NCBI GenBank assembly: GCA_050273025.1
Contig: CP158635.1
Location: forward strand, 32,178,001-32,242,000
Origin: Cenococcum geophilum
Lineage: Eukaryota
Direction: 5' to 3'
DNA: 64,000 nucleotides
Below the pieces are notes generated by a model. The model saw only the letters and a list, made by a program, of their open reading frames with translations, made no database searches and had not been told where the DNA came from. The translations under genes were made by a program, and so were the position numbers. This document shows positions 52,554-62,927 of the stretch, piece by piece. Position 1 is the first letter of the stretch; each line of letters begins with the position of its first letter.

Positions 52554-54620
52554 TCAATGCCCATACCATATTTCATCATCCGGCCCACGTCCCCTGTCAT
52601 GCCCCTCCAAACTACACAGCCTCTCATTCTGCTCCGGCAACTTCCATCCAGCGACCTCTTCCGCGCGCGTCACGAATTGCATCAACAGCCCCGCCTCCGC
52701 ATGCCAACTAACATGGCAATGGAATGCCCAAACCCCCGGGTTATCCGCAACGAAGCGGAGTAAGGTCCAGCCAAATGCCTCGACCGACGCAGTATCTCTG
52801 CGCAGCGGGTTCTCCAAATCGAGCGAGGCGAACAGGTTTGAGGGTGGGTATCCATGGCCCTGGGCCAGCACCCAGAACTTGTGGCCGTGTAGGTGCATGG
52901 GGTGGTTCCCGTCGTCAAAGTTCTGCAGCAGGATGTCCAGCGTGCGGAGGCCGGTGGTCTGGTAGACAAGCTCGCGGGGCGTGTGGAAGGCGTCAGCGTT
53001 GACGCCAAAGGGGGCGACGAGAGATTCTGTAAAAGATTCGTTGAATGTGGAGAAGCCGGTGATGAGACGGTGTAGTGTGGGCGAAGACACAGGCGCGCGC
53101 CAGGAGCTGGCGTTGAAGAAGCCGCGGCTGAGCCGCCACGCGCCGATTTCGAAGTTCGCGCGCAGATTGATCAGGGTGTCGGCGGTGGCGGGGGCGTGGA
53201 TAGAGTGCACGGGGTGCAAGTCGGTGGTCTTCATGTCACGGCATTCGAGCTCGATCACTTCGGGCCAGTCGCGGCTTGAGGGGGGGATGGAGACGGAGAC
53301 GGGGCTTGAGGATGTGTAGCGGACTATTCCGCGAACTTCTTCGACCAGTTCGGGATTCCCTTCCGCGAAGCAGTGCGTTATCATCCGTGCTCGTAGCCAA
53401 TATGCGTCTCCGGTTGTGACATTTGTAGTGATGATTATGCTGTAGCGCTGGGCAGGGTTAATGTTGAGCCTATGGTAGTATTCTGGGAATACGTCTGTCC
53501 CGTCAACTTCTGTCACCGCAAATTCGTGCTCGTCGATCTGGATTTGGAACTCTGCGAATGCTCCGACGTTGATGAATCGAAGTCGATGGTTTTGATTTGG
53601 TTCCAGATTGAATTCCTGCATGGTGGCACTCGAGTTATTGCATCTGCGGTTAGGCAAATCCTCACATTTCCGAATGTTCTTGCCGTTGATCAGAGCTCCA
53701 GCGGGGACTGGTTCCGCATTCTCACAGTCATTCGCGAGATACTCCATTGATAGAGCGCCAGAGAGATCATAGTAGTGGTCTTGCACCATGATGACACGGT
53801 CTGTTGCATATTCGATTTTTTGTAGGCCCCGCTCGTCTTTGGAGTGTATGGTGAGTGGACCAACAAGCCCGTCTGATGCCTGAATTGCGTGATGAGCATG
53901 ATACCAATACGTCCCTGATTGTCCATCCACACGGAATTCGTAGGTAAATCGGGCCCCTGGAGCTATGGGACATTGCGTGATGCCCACCGTGCCGTCCATC
54001 CAGTTGGTCCCGTTTTGGAATAATCCATGCCAATGTATTGAGGTAGCATTGACCGCTTGGTTGTCGATATGAACTACGATAGTGTCACCTTCATTGACCT
54101 CAATCAACGGGCCTGGAAACTGCCCGTTGATTAGGATCATGGGTCGATATACACCATCTGGGTTGTGGTCTTTGTCTTTGATAGTCCAGTGGTACTCCCG
54201 CTTAGTGGGTGGGGCAGAGAAGTCCCAGTTAAGATCGAGGATATAGTCTTGCGGCTGGCCGTTTCCAGGTCGAAGCCACCCCGTAGCAAAGGACTTGATT
54301 TGGTCTCTGAGAATGAATGCAACGGCGGCAATTCCGAGAACCAGTGAGGCCGAAGTCATAATGATAATGGCGGTCCGGGAGGTAAGATGGCGGGCAGTAA
54401 AGAGGCTGCTCTTCTTCAATCTCTTGGGCCAACGGCCTTGTACGCCATCGTGCTCATCCAGTTCGAAACTCTCGTCATCTTCGTCATCTTTAAGCAGAAA
54501 TTCACGCTCCTGCTCATGCGCGAGGCTTAGCCGGCTGGAAGACCCGTCGTCCTCATCTCTCTCGTCTCGCTCATCTTTCGCATCCTCACGGAGATGCTGT
54601 GAGCCATCTTCATTGAGCAT
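52554..54620 (-). CDS. Multicopper oxidase (laccase-like, AA1), 688 aa, intronless, N-terminal membrane anchor
   Basis: All four Cu-binding signatures: HWHG, WYHAH, HPMHLHGH, HCHVSWH..AGL. Hydrophobic segment AIIIMTSASLVLGIAAVAFIL after an acidic N-terminus. Confidence 0.97.
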   Translation of the reverse strand: MLNEDGSQHLREDAKDERDERDEDDGSSSRLSLAHEQEREFLLKDDEDDESFELDEHDGVQGRWPKRLKKSSLFTARHLTSRTAIIIMTSASLVLGIAAVAFILRDQIKSFATGWLRPGNGQPQDYILDLNWDFSAPPTKREYHWTIKDKDHNPDGVYRPMILINGQFPGPLIEVNEGDTIVVHIDNQAVNATSIHWHGLFQNGTNWMDGTVGITQCPIAPGARFTYEFRVDGQSGTYWYHAHHAIQASDGLVGPLTIHSKDERGLQKIEYATDRVIMVQDHYYDLSGALSMEYLANDCENAEPVPAGALINGKNIRKCEDLPNRRCNNSSATMQEFNLEPNQNHRLRFINVGAFAEFQIQIDEHEFAVTEVDGTDVFPEYYHRLNINPAQRYSIIITTNVTTGDAYWLRARMITHCFAEGNPELVEEVRGIVRYTSSSPVSVSIPPSSRDWPEVIELECRDMKTTDLHPVHSIHAPATADTLINLRANFEIGAWRLSRGFFNASSWRAPVSSPTLHRLITGFSTFNESFTESLVAPFGVNADAFHTPRELVYQTTGLRTLDILLQNFDDGNHPMHLHGHKFWVLAQGHGYPPSNLFASLDLENPLRRDTASVEAFGWTLLRFVADNPGVWAFHCHVSWHAEAGLLMQFVTRAEEVAGWKLPEQNERLCSLEGHDRGRGPDDEIWYGH

Positions 54621-54815
54621 GGTCTCCTAAGTGATGGAAAACAGCTGCATGTAGAAGATATGGGATAGCTAGATCAGATAATACTGGTGTGTCGTACTTT
54701 GGTGTCCAGATCGGCGCTCGGCGATGGGTAAGGGACAGGAGGCGAGTGCTTTCAGGCGAACCCTGTTGTGGCTGTGAGGGTGCGGGGTACCTACCATGCC
54801 GAGGTACGAGGAACC

Positions 54816-54971
54816 GCGCGAAAAGCGATTTCTCCTTCCTTTTGGGACTAGCGGCTTTCCCCCAATAAAGTTGCCCGGGCAGAGACCGCCCAAAATCGTT
54901 GTTGATTACTCTGGGGCCTTACGGGAGGCGGCCACTGGTCCCAAAAAGGAAGAGGAAATCGTTTTTCGCGC
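54816..54971. repeat. Imperfect ~40-bp inverted repeat in the divergent promoter
   Basis: 54816-54855 GCGCGAAAAGCGATTTCTCCTTCCTTTTGGGACTAGCGGC versus reverse complement of 54931-54971 GCGCGAAAAACGATTTCCTCTTCCTTTTTGGGACCAGTGGC. Confidence 0.85.
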
Positions 54972-55032
54972 AGTCCTCCGTATTGTAAGGCCGACCTACC
55001 CGTTCCCGCAGACAGTAATCTGATGAGGCCTG

Positions 55033-55038
55033 CACGTG
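55033..55038. promoter_or_regulatory. CACGTG E-box, candidate Pho4/NUC-1/PalcA site
   Basis: Exact hexamer ~490 bp upstream of the acid phosphatase ATG; a single hexamer may be chance. Confidence 0.35.
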
Positions 55039-55522
55039 TCGTGAGATGGACACGCAGACAGGACGAAGAATACGGGCTGCGGACAAGCATGGCACAAGCA
55101 TGGCACAAGCATCTTCCAAGCCGTGTAAGCATCGACTTGCAGAGAACGTTAATCTTGTAATCCCCATCTGCCAATAATATGTTTTCTCGCCAGCTCGTGC
55201 TGCACAACACCTGCCTTGATCTGCTTAGTGACCCCGGAAAGACCATCTCACCTGCATGTTCCATTCCCAAGAAGCCGGTGTATGCTGGTATTCGAATTTC
55301 TCTGGAAGAATGGCCCTGCACCAATCACACCTTCCCCTGGTGGAACCTGCGAAGCCTGGTATGACATCGCGACTCTCTCACGGGCCTGCCTCTCGGACCA
55401 CCAGGCGGAGCCAAGTCTCGGTGAAGTAGTACATGAACCGCCTTTACTCCATGACCGTCGCGCTCTTTAACGCTTGAGCTTTCACTCTTTGCCTCTTCAA
55501 CCTCGCCGCTCTTTGATTTAAG

Positions 55523-57180
55523 ATGCGCGCCTCTGAGATCGCCCTCTTATTGCTCGCCGGTGGTGCTGCAGCTCAAAACACTGCTACAAGCGCCGCAGAC
55601 GTAGCTGCCGCTGCTGCCACAGCGAAGACCCTCAGCCCGGTTAGCAATGTCAAGGGCAAAGCGTTCGACCGTATCGCCATCATCTGGCTCGAAAATACGG
55701 ATTATACTCTAGCCGCCGGCGACCGTGAGTGAAGTGAAAGCGGAGCACGAGGATCGCCAAAGTTAACTTCTATCAATAGCAAACCTGGCATATTTCGCTA
55801 AGAAGGGTATCACTCTCTCCAACCTCTTCGCCGTGACCCATCCAAGCGAACCGAATTATGCAGCTGCCATTGGAGGCGACTACTTCGGAATGGAGTAAGT
55901 TTTGCCCCTACATCATTGCTATGAGAATACATGAACTGGAGGGCTTTGAGGAAATGCTCGTGATCGTAGTAACTCCATGGATTTATGGCTTGGCAATGTC
56001 TTAGAAGAATTGATAATTTCAGTCCTACTTAGACATCCAAAATTGCTGAAGTACCCCAAGAAATAATCAGGTCACTTCATCCAAGATGGTTGTTGTGGGC
56101 GCTAGTGGTACTTCGGCAAGGTACCCCAATCCAAGACTATGAGTAGAGATATTGCAGAGGCCTCCAGAATCCTAGATGGAATTGCGCTACCTCTAGCCTC
56201 TCCAGTTTTCATGGGGTTTTCTTGAAACGCAGCTAATCATATATTCCAGCAACGACGACTTCAATGCTTTCCCATCAAACGTTTCGACTGTAATCGACCT
56301 TCTAGAAGAGAAGGGCATTAGCTGGGGAGAGTACCAGGAAGACATGCCGTACTCCGGATTCGAAGGCTTTGCATGGGTCAATCAAAAAACTGGCGCCAAC
56401 GACTATGTCCGGAAGCACAACCCTGCCATTCTCTATGATTCCGTCACTAACAACCCCAACCGCTTGGCATGCATCAAGAACTTGACTATGTTCCAGAAGG
56501 ATTTGAAGGAGAATAAGCTCCCCCAGTGGATGTTCATTACGCCCAATATGACTTCCGATGGTCATGACACCTCTGTCACTGTTGCTGGCGCGTGGGTTAG
56601 GAACTTTCTTGACCCCCTCCTGAAGAATAAGAACTTCATGAAGAACACCCTGGTCTTGATCACTTTTGACGAAAACCATACCTACACTATCCAGAACAAG
56701 GTCCTCGGCATTCTCCTTGGTGATGCGGTTCCACAGCGTCTTGTGGGAACAACGGATAGCAATTACTACAACCACTACTCCGAGATTGCTACCGTCGAGG
56801 CGAACTGGGATCTCCACACGCTGGGCCGCTGGGATGTTGGCGCCAATGTGTACCAGTTTGTAGCGGACCAGACCCGGGATGACAAGGTTCGCCAATGGAC
56901 AGGCAAGCCAGCACTAAGTGATATGTACTTCAACACATCGTATCCTGGCAACTTCAACAGCGAGAACTCCTCGGTTCCATGGCCAGTGCCCAACACTAAG
57001 GCAGAGTATGCTTGCCGCAGCGTCCTCCCTAAAATTGTGCAAACTTGGGGTTCGTTGGTGAAAAAGACCTTCTACAACACTGGGGTAGGCGAAAGTTCTC
57101 CAATATTTGAGATCATCTCTCGTGCTAACACAACTTAGCTTGAAATCCCGGATGGCATGCACCCTGCGCCAGAGTTTTAG
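55523..57180 (+). CDS. Secreted acid phosphatase, phosphoesterase family (PhoA-like); four exons
   Basis: Signal peptide; motifs IWLENTDY, VTHPSEPNY, YVRKHNP, TPNMTSDGHDT, ITFDE, YNHYS. Exons 55523-55724, 55780-55894, 56250-57084, 57139-57180 with canonical splice sites; ends LEIPDGMHPAPEF*. Confidence 0.95.
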
Positions 57181-57362
57181 TCACCACCGATAGGCTATTT
57201 CTAGTCACGAAGGGCTCTTAGTTTTGATAATAGTCAAGTACGAGTCTCTAAAACTTAACATCAAGAATCATATCAATGATATTAGGCAAAAGTGCTTAGA
57301 TCCTGATTGAAAAGACCAGAAATATTGTTAATGTAATCTATTTTAAACTTCCAAATGCTTGA

Positions 57363-57857
57363 CTAACTTACCCCAGCAACTGTATTATCCACGTTATCCA
57401 TTCTCACACCGTCCTTCCCGCTCGCTATCTTTGCACCCTCCATTTTCCTGTGAAACTTCGTGCTCCCCTTTAGCCCAGCTAACATGGCCTTCTGGTCTCC
57501 GGGAACTATCATCTCAAACGTCTCTTTTACAACCGCATACTCATGATAGCCACACCGTGCAATCGGCTGCGTCTTCCGCACACCAATCTTCCCATCCGTC
57601 AAGACCTCCTCTTTAATATGAATCCCCACCACCTCCCCAATCACAACATCCACCGAACCTATGGGCGGGTTCCTTGATAAGCGAATCGTAGAATAATACG
57701 CGCACTCAAAATTCACTGGGGAGTCCACCACTGGAATATTCTCACCCTCGACCTCCCAACTTTACCGCCTGCTTCTTCAGCCCCGCCTTTTTAAACTTAT
57801 CGACGCCGTATTCGACCTGCTCCGCTGTCGCGTTGACCGCCTCGCGCAACGCATAGT
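57363..57857 (-). pseudogene. 5'-truncated flavin-reductase-like (FMN-binding split barrel) gene
   Basis: YALREAVNATAEQVEYGVDKF..., then a 1-nt frameshift near 57755 into SPVNFEC...VVIGEVVGIHI...QPIARCGY. No start region; cut at an LTR edge. Confidence 0.82.
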
Positions 57858-58194
57858 TATTATAGGGGTTTAAGTTTATTTACTATTTTAATAGTAATTA
57901 TAGAGATATAACGTAATATAAGGGCGTAAAAAGGCTTTAGAGTAGATTTAAAGAAATAATCTAAATTTTATCTAAATTTATGGGTATAGCTTTTATAGAG
58001 AATAAGACGTTATATAGAGAAGAGAAAGGAATAACGTAAGAGTCTTATAATTAAATAATTAGGGGTCTTAGCGGTTAATGCATACGTATATATATACGCA
58101 GTCTTTAACGGACTTTAATAAAATTTAATTAATCTACATCGGGAAAATATTCGCAGGATGAGATTCAAGTAGACTTTGGTTTTCGCGTTTCGCG

Positions 58195-58592
58195 TAATTG
58201 ACATGTAATTTAACCAACTCGACACGCAATTGACCAACTTGACACGCAGTTGACCTACTTAATATACAATTTAACTAACTTAACACGCAGTTGACCTACT
58301 TAATATGCAATTTAACTAACTTAATACGCAGTTAACCTACTTAATATGCAATTTAACTAACTTAACACGTAGTTAACCTACTTAATATATAATTTAACTA
58401 ACTTAACACGTAGTTAACCTACTTAATATGCAATTTAACTAACTCAACACGTAGTTAACCTACTTAATATACAATTTAACTAACTTAACACGTAGTTAAC
58501 CTACTTAATATATAATTTAACTAACTTAATACGCAGTTAACCTACTTAATATATAATTTAACTAACTTAATATACAGTTAACCTACTTAATA
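58195..58592. repeat. Tandem array, ~20-bp subunit / ~40-bp dimer (AATTTAACTAACTTAACACGCAGTTAACCTACTTAATATGC)
   Basis: About ten dimers; first units read CAATTGACCAACTTGACACG and later units are progressively TA-converted. Confidence 0.95.
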
Positions 58593-58721
58593 ACTTTAAA
58601 AGCTAACTGTATATTTCTTAACGTGCGATTAAGGTAAAGTTATATACTATATATTTAACTATTATATATAATCTTATATAATCTTATACAATCTCATACA
58701 ATCTTATAGTCTTATTACTTG

Positions 58722-59012
58722 GAGGCTCTGTATAAGGCTCTACACGAAGCTCTACACGAAGCTCTGCGTACAGAGGCTCTGCACGAAGCTCTGCGCATAG
58801 AGGCTCTGCATAAAGCTCTGCACGAAGCTTCGTATAAGGCTCTACACGAGGCTCTACACGAAGCTCTGCGTATAGAGGCTCTGCACGAAGCTCTGCACGA
58901 AGCTCTGCACGAGGGTCTGCGCGAGGGTCTGCGCGAAGCTCTGCGTACAGAGGCTCTGCACGAGGCTCTGCGCGAAGCTCTGCGTACAGAGGCTCTACAC
59001 GAAGCTCTGCAT
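58722..59012. repeat. 12-bp tandem array GAGGCTCTGCAC / GAAGCTCTGCGC
   Basis: Directly visible; gives the EALH-repeat ORF. Confidence 0.95.
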
Positions 59013-59141
59013 CGGGTCCCCGCTATATTCCCGATAGCCTCTACACGTGCCTCTACCCTATGTAGCCACCTTATTTTTTACCCTTCCTTCCTTCTTTATA
59101 TCCTCCCTACCTAGGGAAGCACCAGAACGGCAGCCAGCAGA

Positions 59142-60110
59142 GGACCGTTGCTAGAACTAGACGACCGTCGCCAGAACCAGATGACCGTTACCAGAACCAG
59201 ACGACCATCGCCAGCCAGACGACCGTTACCAGAACCAGACGACCGTTGCCAGAGCCAGACGATCGTCGCTAGAACCAGACGACCGTCGCCAGCCAGACGA
59301 CCGTTACCAGAACCAGACGACCGTCGCCAGCCAGACGACCGTTACCAGAACTAGACAACTATCGCCAGAACCAGACGACCGTCGCTAGCCAGACGACCGT
59401 TACCAGAACCAGACGACCGTTGCCAGAGCCAGACGACCGTCGCTAGAACTAGACGACTGTCACCAGAACCAGACGACCGTCGCCAGAACTAGACGACCGT
59501 CGCCAGCTAGACGACCGTTACCAGAACCAGACGACCGTCGCCAGAACTAGACGACCATCGCCAGCCAGACGACCGTTACCAGAACCAGACAACCGTCGCC
59601 AGAACCAGACGACCGTCGCCAGCCAGACGACCGTTACCAGAACTAGACGACCGTCGCCAGAACCAGACGACCGTTACCAGAACTAGACGACCGTTGCCAG
59701 AGCTAGACAACCGTCGCCAGAACCAGACGACCGTCGCCAGCCAGACGACCGTTACCAGAACCAGACGACCGTTGCCAGAGCCAGACGATCGTCGCCAGAA
59801 CCAGACGACCGTCGCCAGCCAGACAACCGTTACCAGAACCAGACGACCGTCGCCAGCCAGACGACCGTTACCAGAACTAGACAACTGTCGCCAGAACCAG
59901 ACGACCGTCGCCAGCCAGACGACCGTTACCAGAACCAGACGACCGTCGCCAGAACTAGACAACCGTCGCCAGCTAGACGACCGTTACCAGAACTAGACAA
60001 CCGTCGCCAGAACCAGACAACCGTTACTAGAACTAGACGACCGTTGCTAGAGCCAGACAACCGTCGCCAGAACCAGACAACCCTCGCCAGAGCCAGACAA
60101 CAACGACTAG
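59142..60110. repeat. 16/20-bp tandem array CCAG(AA)CCAGACGACCGTCG
   Basis: Directly visible; same unit at 12365-12530 and 12795-12910. Confidence 0.96.
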
Positions 60111-60159
60111 CCAGCCAACACTATAAACGATTCGATCGATCGATCGAATTAAGGTAGCA

Positions 60160-60538
60160 CAGATAGGTAGGCATAAACAGGTAGATGCTGACGGGTAGGT
60201 AGATGTAAACAGGTAGGTAGATGCAGACAGGTAAGCAGATATAGATAGGCAGGCAGATGCAGATAGGTAAGTAGATGCAGATAGGCAAGCAGATGTAGAT
60301 AGGTAGGTAGATGCTGATGGGTAGGCAGATATAGATAGGTAGGCAGATGCAGACAAGTAGATATAAACAGGTAGGTAGATGCAGACAGGTAAGCAGATGC
60401 AGATAGGTAGGTAGATGCTAACGGGTAGGTAAATATAGATAGGTAGGCAGATGTAGATAGGTAGGCAAATGTAGACAGGTAGATGTAGATAGGTAGGCGA
60501 TGCAGGCAGGTAGGTAAGTCAATAGGTAGATAGGTAGA
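60160..60538. repeat. ~18-bp tandem array GATGCAGA(C/T)AGGTAGGCA
   Basis: Directly visible. Confidence 0.92.
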
Positions 60539-61062
60539 AGAGAACCATCGCTGTATTATATTAAATTATCTAAAATAATAATATTTATTTTGCTAGCCTT
60601 ATAAATAGCTTTAAAATAGCTTTTATTTATTTAAAATATATTATTAGTATAAAAGAGGTAAATATAATTATGGTTGCCAAATGCGCAGATTACTGGCAGG
60701 TTGCGCGCAGGCTGCGTGTCAAAAAAACACGACATAGGCTAGTCGGTCGAGTTGCCAAATGCCCTCAACTGCGCGCCAATTGCGTCAACCACCAACCATT
60801 GAGGCCATTGAAAGGGTACCATATTTTGCCGATGTAGCAGAACTTGGCAGAAGTCGATAAAGCTAGCAGAATTCGGCAGAATTCGGTTAAAGCGTTAGGT
60901 TTTATTTGTTAAGTGTTTTACTAAGACATTCCTAGGCTAGTCCTATTATAAGATATATGTACCGCATATACTATAGCGCAGCCCACCTTATAGAATATAA
61001 CGGCAATACTTTAAAGAGTAGTATAAGCAATTTATAAGGAAGCAAGGTCTCTTTAAAGTAAA

Positions 61063-62639
61063 TGTCGGAATATATGGACAGAAGTTATGTGGTTATGTGT
61101 CGTCATGTCTTTGATTAGTCACCCTTATGGTGACTAATTAACCCCCTACTTAGGCACCGCGATTCTTACGATCCTCTACTTTCGACACCTATTAGACAAG
61201 AATCAAATTAACAGTTAATAGGCCAATTAAGTGCACTTGGGTGATACCAACATTGATTAATGGTTAACCTCACCGGTTGGCTATAGAGCAACAAGGTTCA
61301 CTGCCGCCCCAGCAGCTTCGTTCGATCGCAAGCAGCATTCTAGTACCTAGCAGCAAAACCAGTACCCAGCAGCTCCAGCAGCATCCAACCCCAGCCAGCT
61401 TAGAATATCGCGAGATATTCTACAGCACGCAAATCAACACCTAGTACGACCTCTTTACTGAGTGCCAGTACCCCCAGCTTATCAACAGCACCCAACACCC
61501 AACCGCCCTCGGGCAGTACCCCAGCAGCTACCTCAGCAGCCACCTCAGCAGTACTATGTACAGCATACCAGCTTATACAGCACTCAGCGTCACAGCAACC
61601 CAACAGCCTCGCGCAGTATCTAATTACCCAACAGCTTTACGCAGTACCCCAGTGTAATAACACAACTTAGCAGCAAACCAATATCTAGTACGCGTTTTAG
61701 CATACAAATCAACATCTAACAGCCTTGTGCAGTACTCCAGCGTCATAGTAACCTAGCAGCGTCAGCAGCACCCAATACCCAACAACCTAGCAGCGTCAGC
61801 AGCAAACCATCCCCTACCTACCTACAATCCCGACACCGTCTGCTATCTTCCTTGCAGATCTGCCACGTCGAAAATCACGTTAACAGCACGCCCCTAAACG
61901 CTAGCGTGCCTCTTTCCCTCCTACGGCCTTTGCAAGCCACGAATACCACATCAATAGAGTCTATATTAGTGGCTTTACGCATAAAGAAAGAACTGCCAGA
62001 GGAATCAAGACCTGCTAGCACGCGCCTACAACGCCAGCGCGCTCCCCATCCTCTGCCCTCTTAAATCTGCCAGTGTCTACGGCAGCTACGAACCCAATAA
62101 AATCTTATGCCGATCTGCCTATAGAACCGACTCTACGCTAGCACCGTACTGCCACATACCATCGACAAACTGATAGCGCCGCTATGCCTGCTATCACGAC
62201 CCGACCGAACGATCGTGCCTATACGCCTGCGATCTACCGACCAAATAATCGTGCTTATACGCCTACGATTAACCGACCGACTGATAGATAAGCTCTATGC
62301 TTAACCACTATTACTACCGCCGCTGGTACCGTACTACTACCTGAATAGACTGTTGCTGCTTCCACCCCCAGCTAAACCGCTACTTTGCTGCCTTACTGCC
62401 TTCCTGCCTTCCTATAGCGCCACAGGTACAAAGAAAGAACTGCCAGTGTCGGAATATATGGACAGAAGTTATGTGGTTACGTGTCGTCGTTATGTCTTTG
62501 ATTAGTCACCCTTATGGTGACTAATTAACCCCCTACTTAGGCACCGCGATCCTTACGATCCTCTGCTTTCGACACCTATTAGACAAGAATCAATTCAACA
62601 GTTAATAGGCCAATCAAGTGCACTTGGGTGATACCGACA
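61063..62639 (+). mobile_element. Non-autonomous LTR element I (TRIM-like, 1577 bp)
   Basis: ~190-bp LTRs 61063-61252 and 62447-62639 (TGTCGG...CCGACA); TSD GTAAA on both sides; PPT AAAGAAAGAACTGCCAG; internal region low-complexity with no pol motifs. Confidence 0.93.
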
Positions 62640-62835
62640 GTAAAAATAGAATTAGTAGAGTATAAAGTAAGTATATGCTTAGTATATGCACTAGTATTTT
62701 AACAGCATAGTTTACTGATTTTATTATAGCTAGTGGGAAGTTCATACTCAGCATATATTACTTATAAACCTTTTTATTTATTAAATACTTTAAAATCTTA
62801 AAAAAATCATTTGTATATGTGCTGCATATGCATAA

Positions 62836-62927
62836 AGCTCGGCGTGGTCAGAAGCTAAGCATGGTCAGAGAGTTGAACTTGAAGTTCTGACCACGCCGAG
62901 TTTTTCCGTGACCACGCCGAGCTGTAA
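62836..62927. repeat. Putative transposon terminus with inverted and direct GACCACGCCGAG repeats
   Basis: AGCTCGGCGTGGTCAGAA ... TTCTGACCACGCCGAG ... GACCACGCCGAGCTGTAA; marks the AT-rich to gene-like composition switch; matches 12167-12206. Confidence 0.65.

Larger units (their letters stand above)
58137..60834. mobile_element. Non-autonomous TIR element of 2.7 kb filled with four minisatellite arrays
   Basis: TIRs CATCGGGAAAATAT / ATATTTTGCCGATG (one mismatch), TA on both sides, LTR sequence continuous across the site; no transposase remnant seen. Confidence 0.85.
57858..60953 (-). mobile_element. G-family solo LTR split by a TIR element (pieces 57858-58136 and 60835-60953)
   Basis: Both pieces align colinearly with 44268-44653. 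Flanking pentamers ATAGT and TATAT do not match. Confidence 0.8.

Noticed and set aside
52557..54630. Many overlapping ORFs within the oxidase gene
   Set aside because: Shadow frames of a GC-rich coding sequence.
58719..59114. EALH-repeat coiled-coil ORF
   Set aside because: By-product of a 12-bp minisatellite; starts at TTG, lies inside a non-autonomous element and runs into non-coding head sequence.
59142..60110. CRISPR-like or WD40-like (SGSGDG) reading of the regular array
   Set aside because: Units are head-to-tail with no unique spacers, the DNA is eukaryotic, and 16/20-bp units do not preserve a reading frame.
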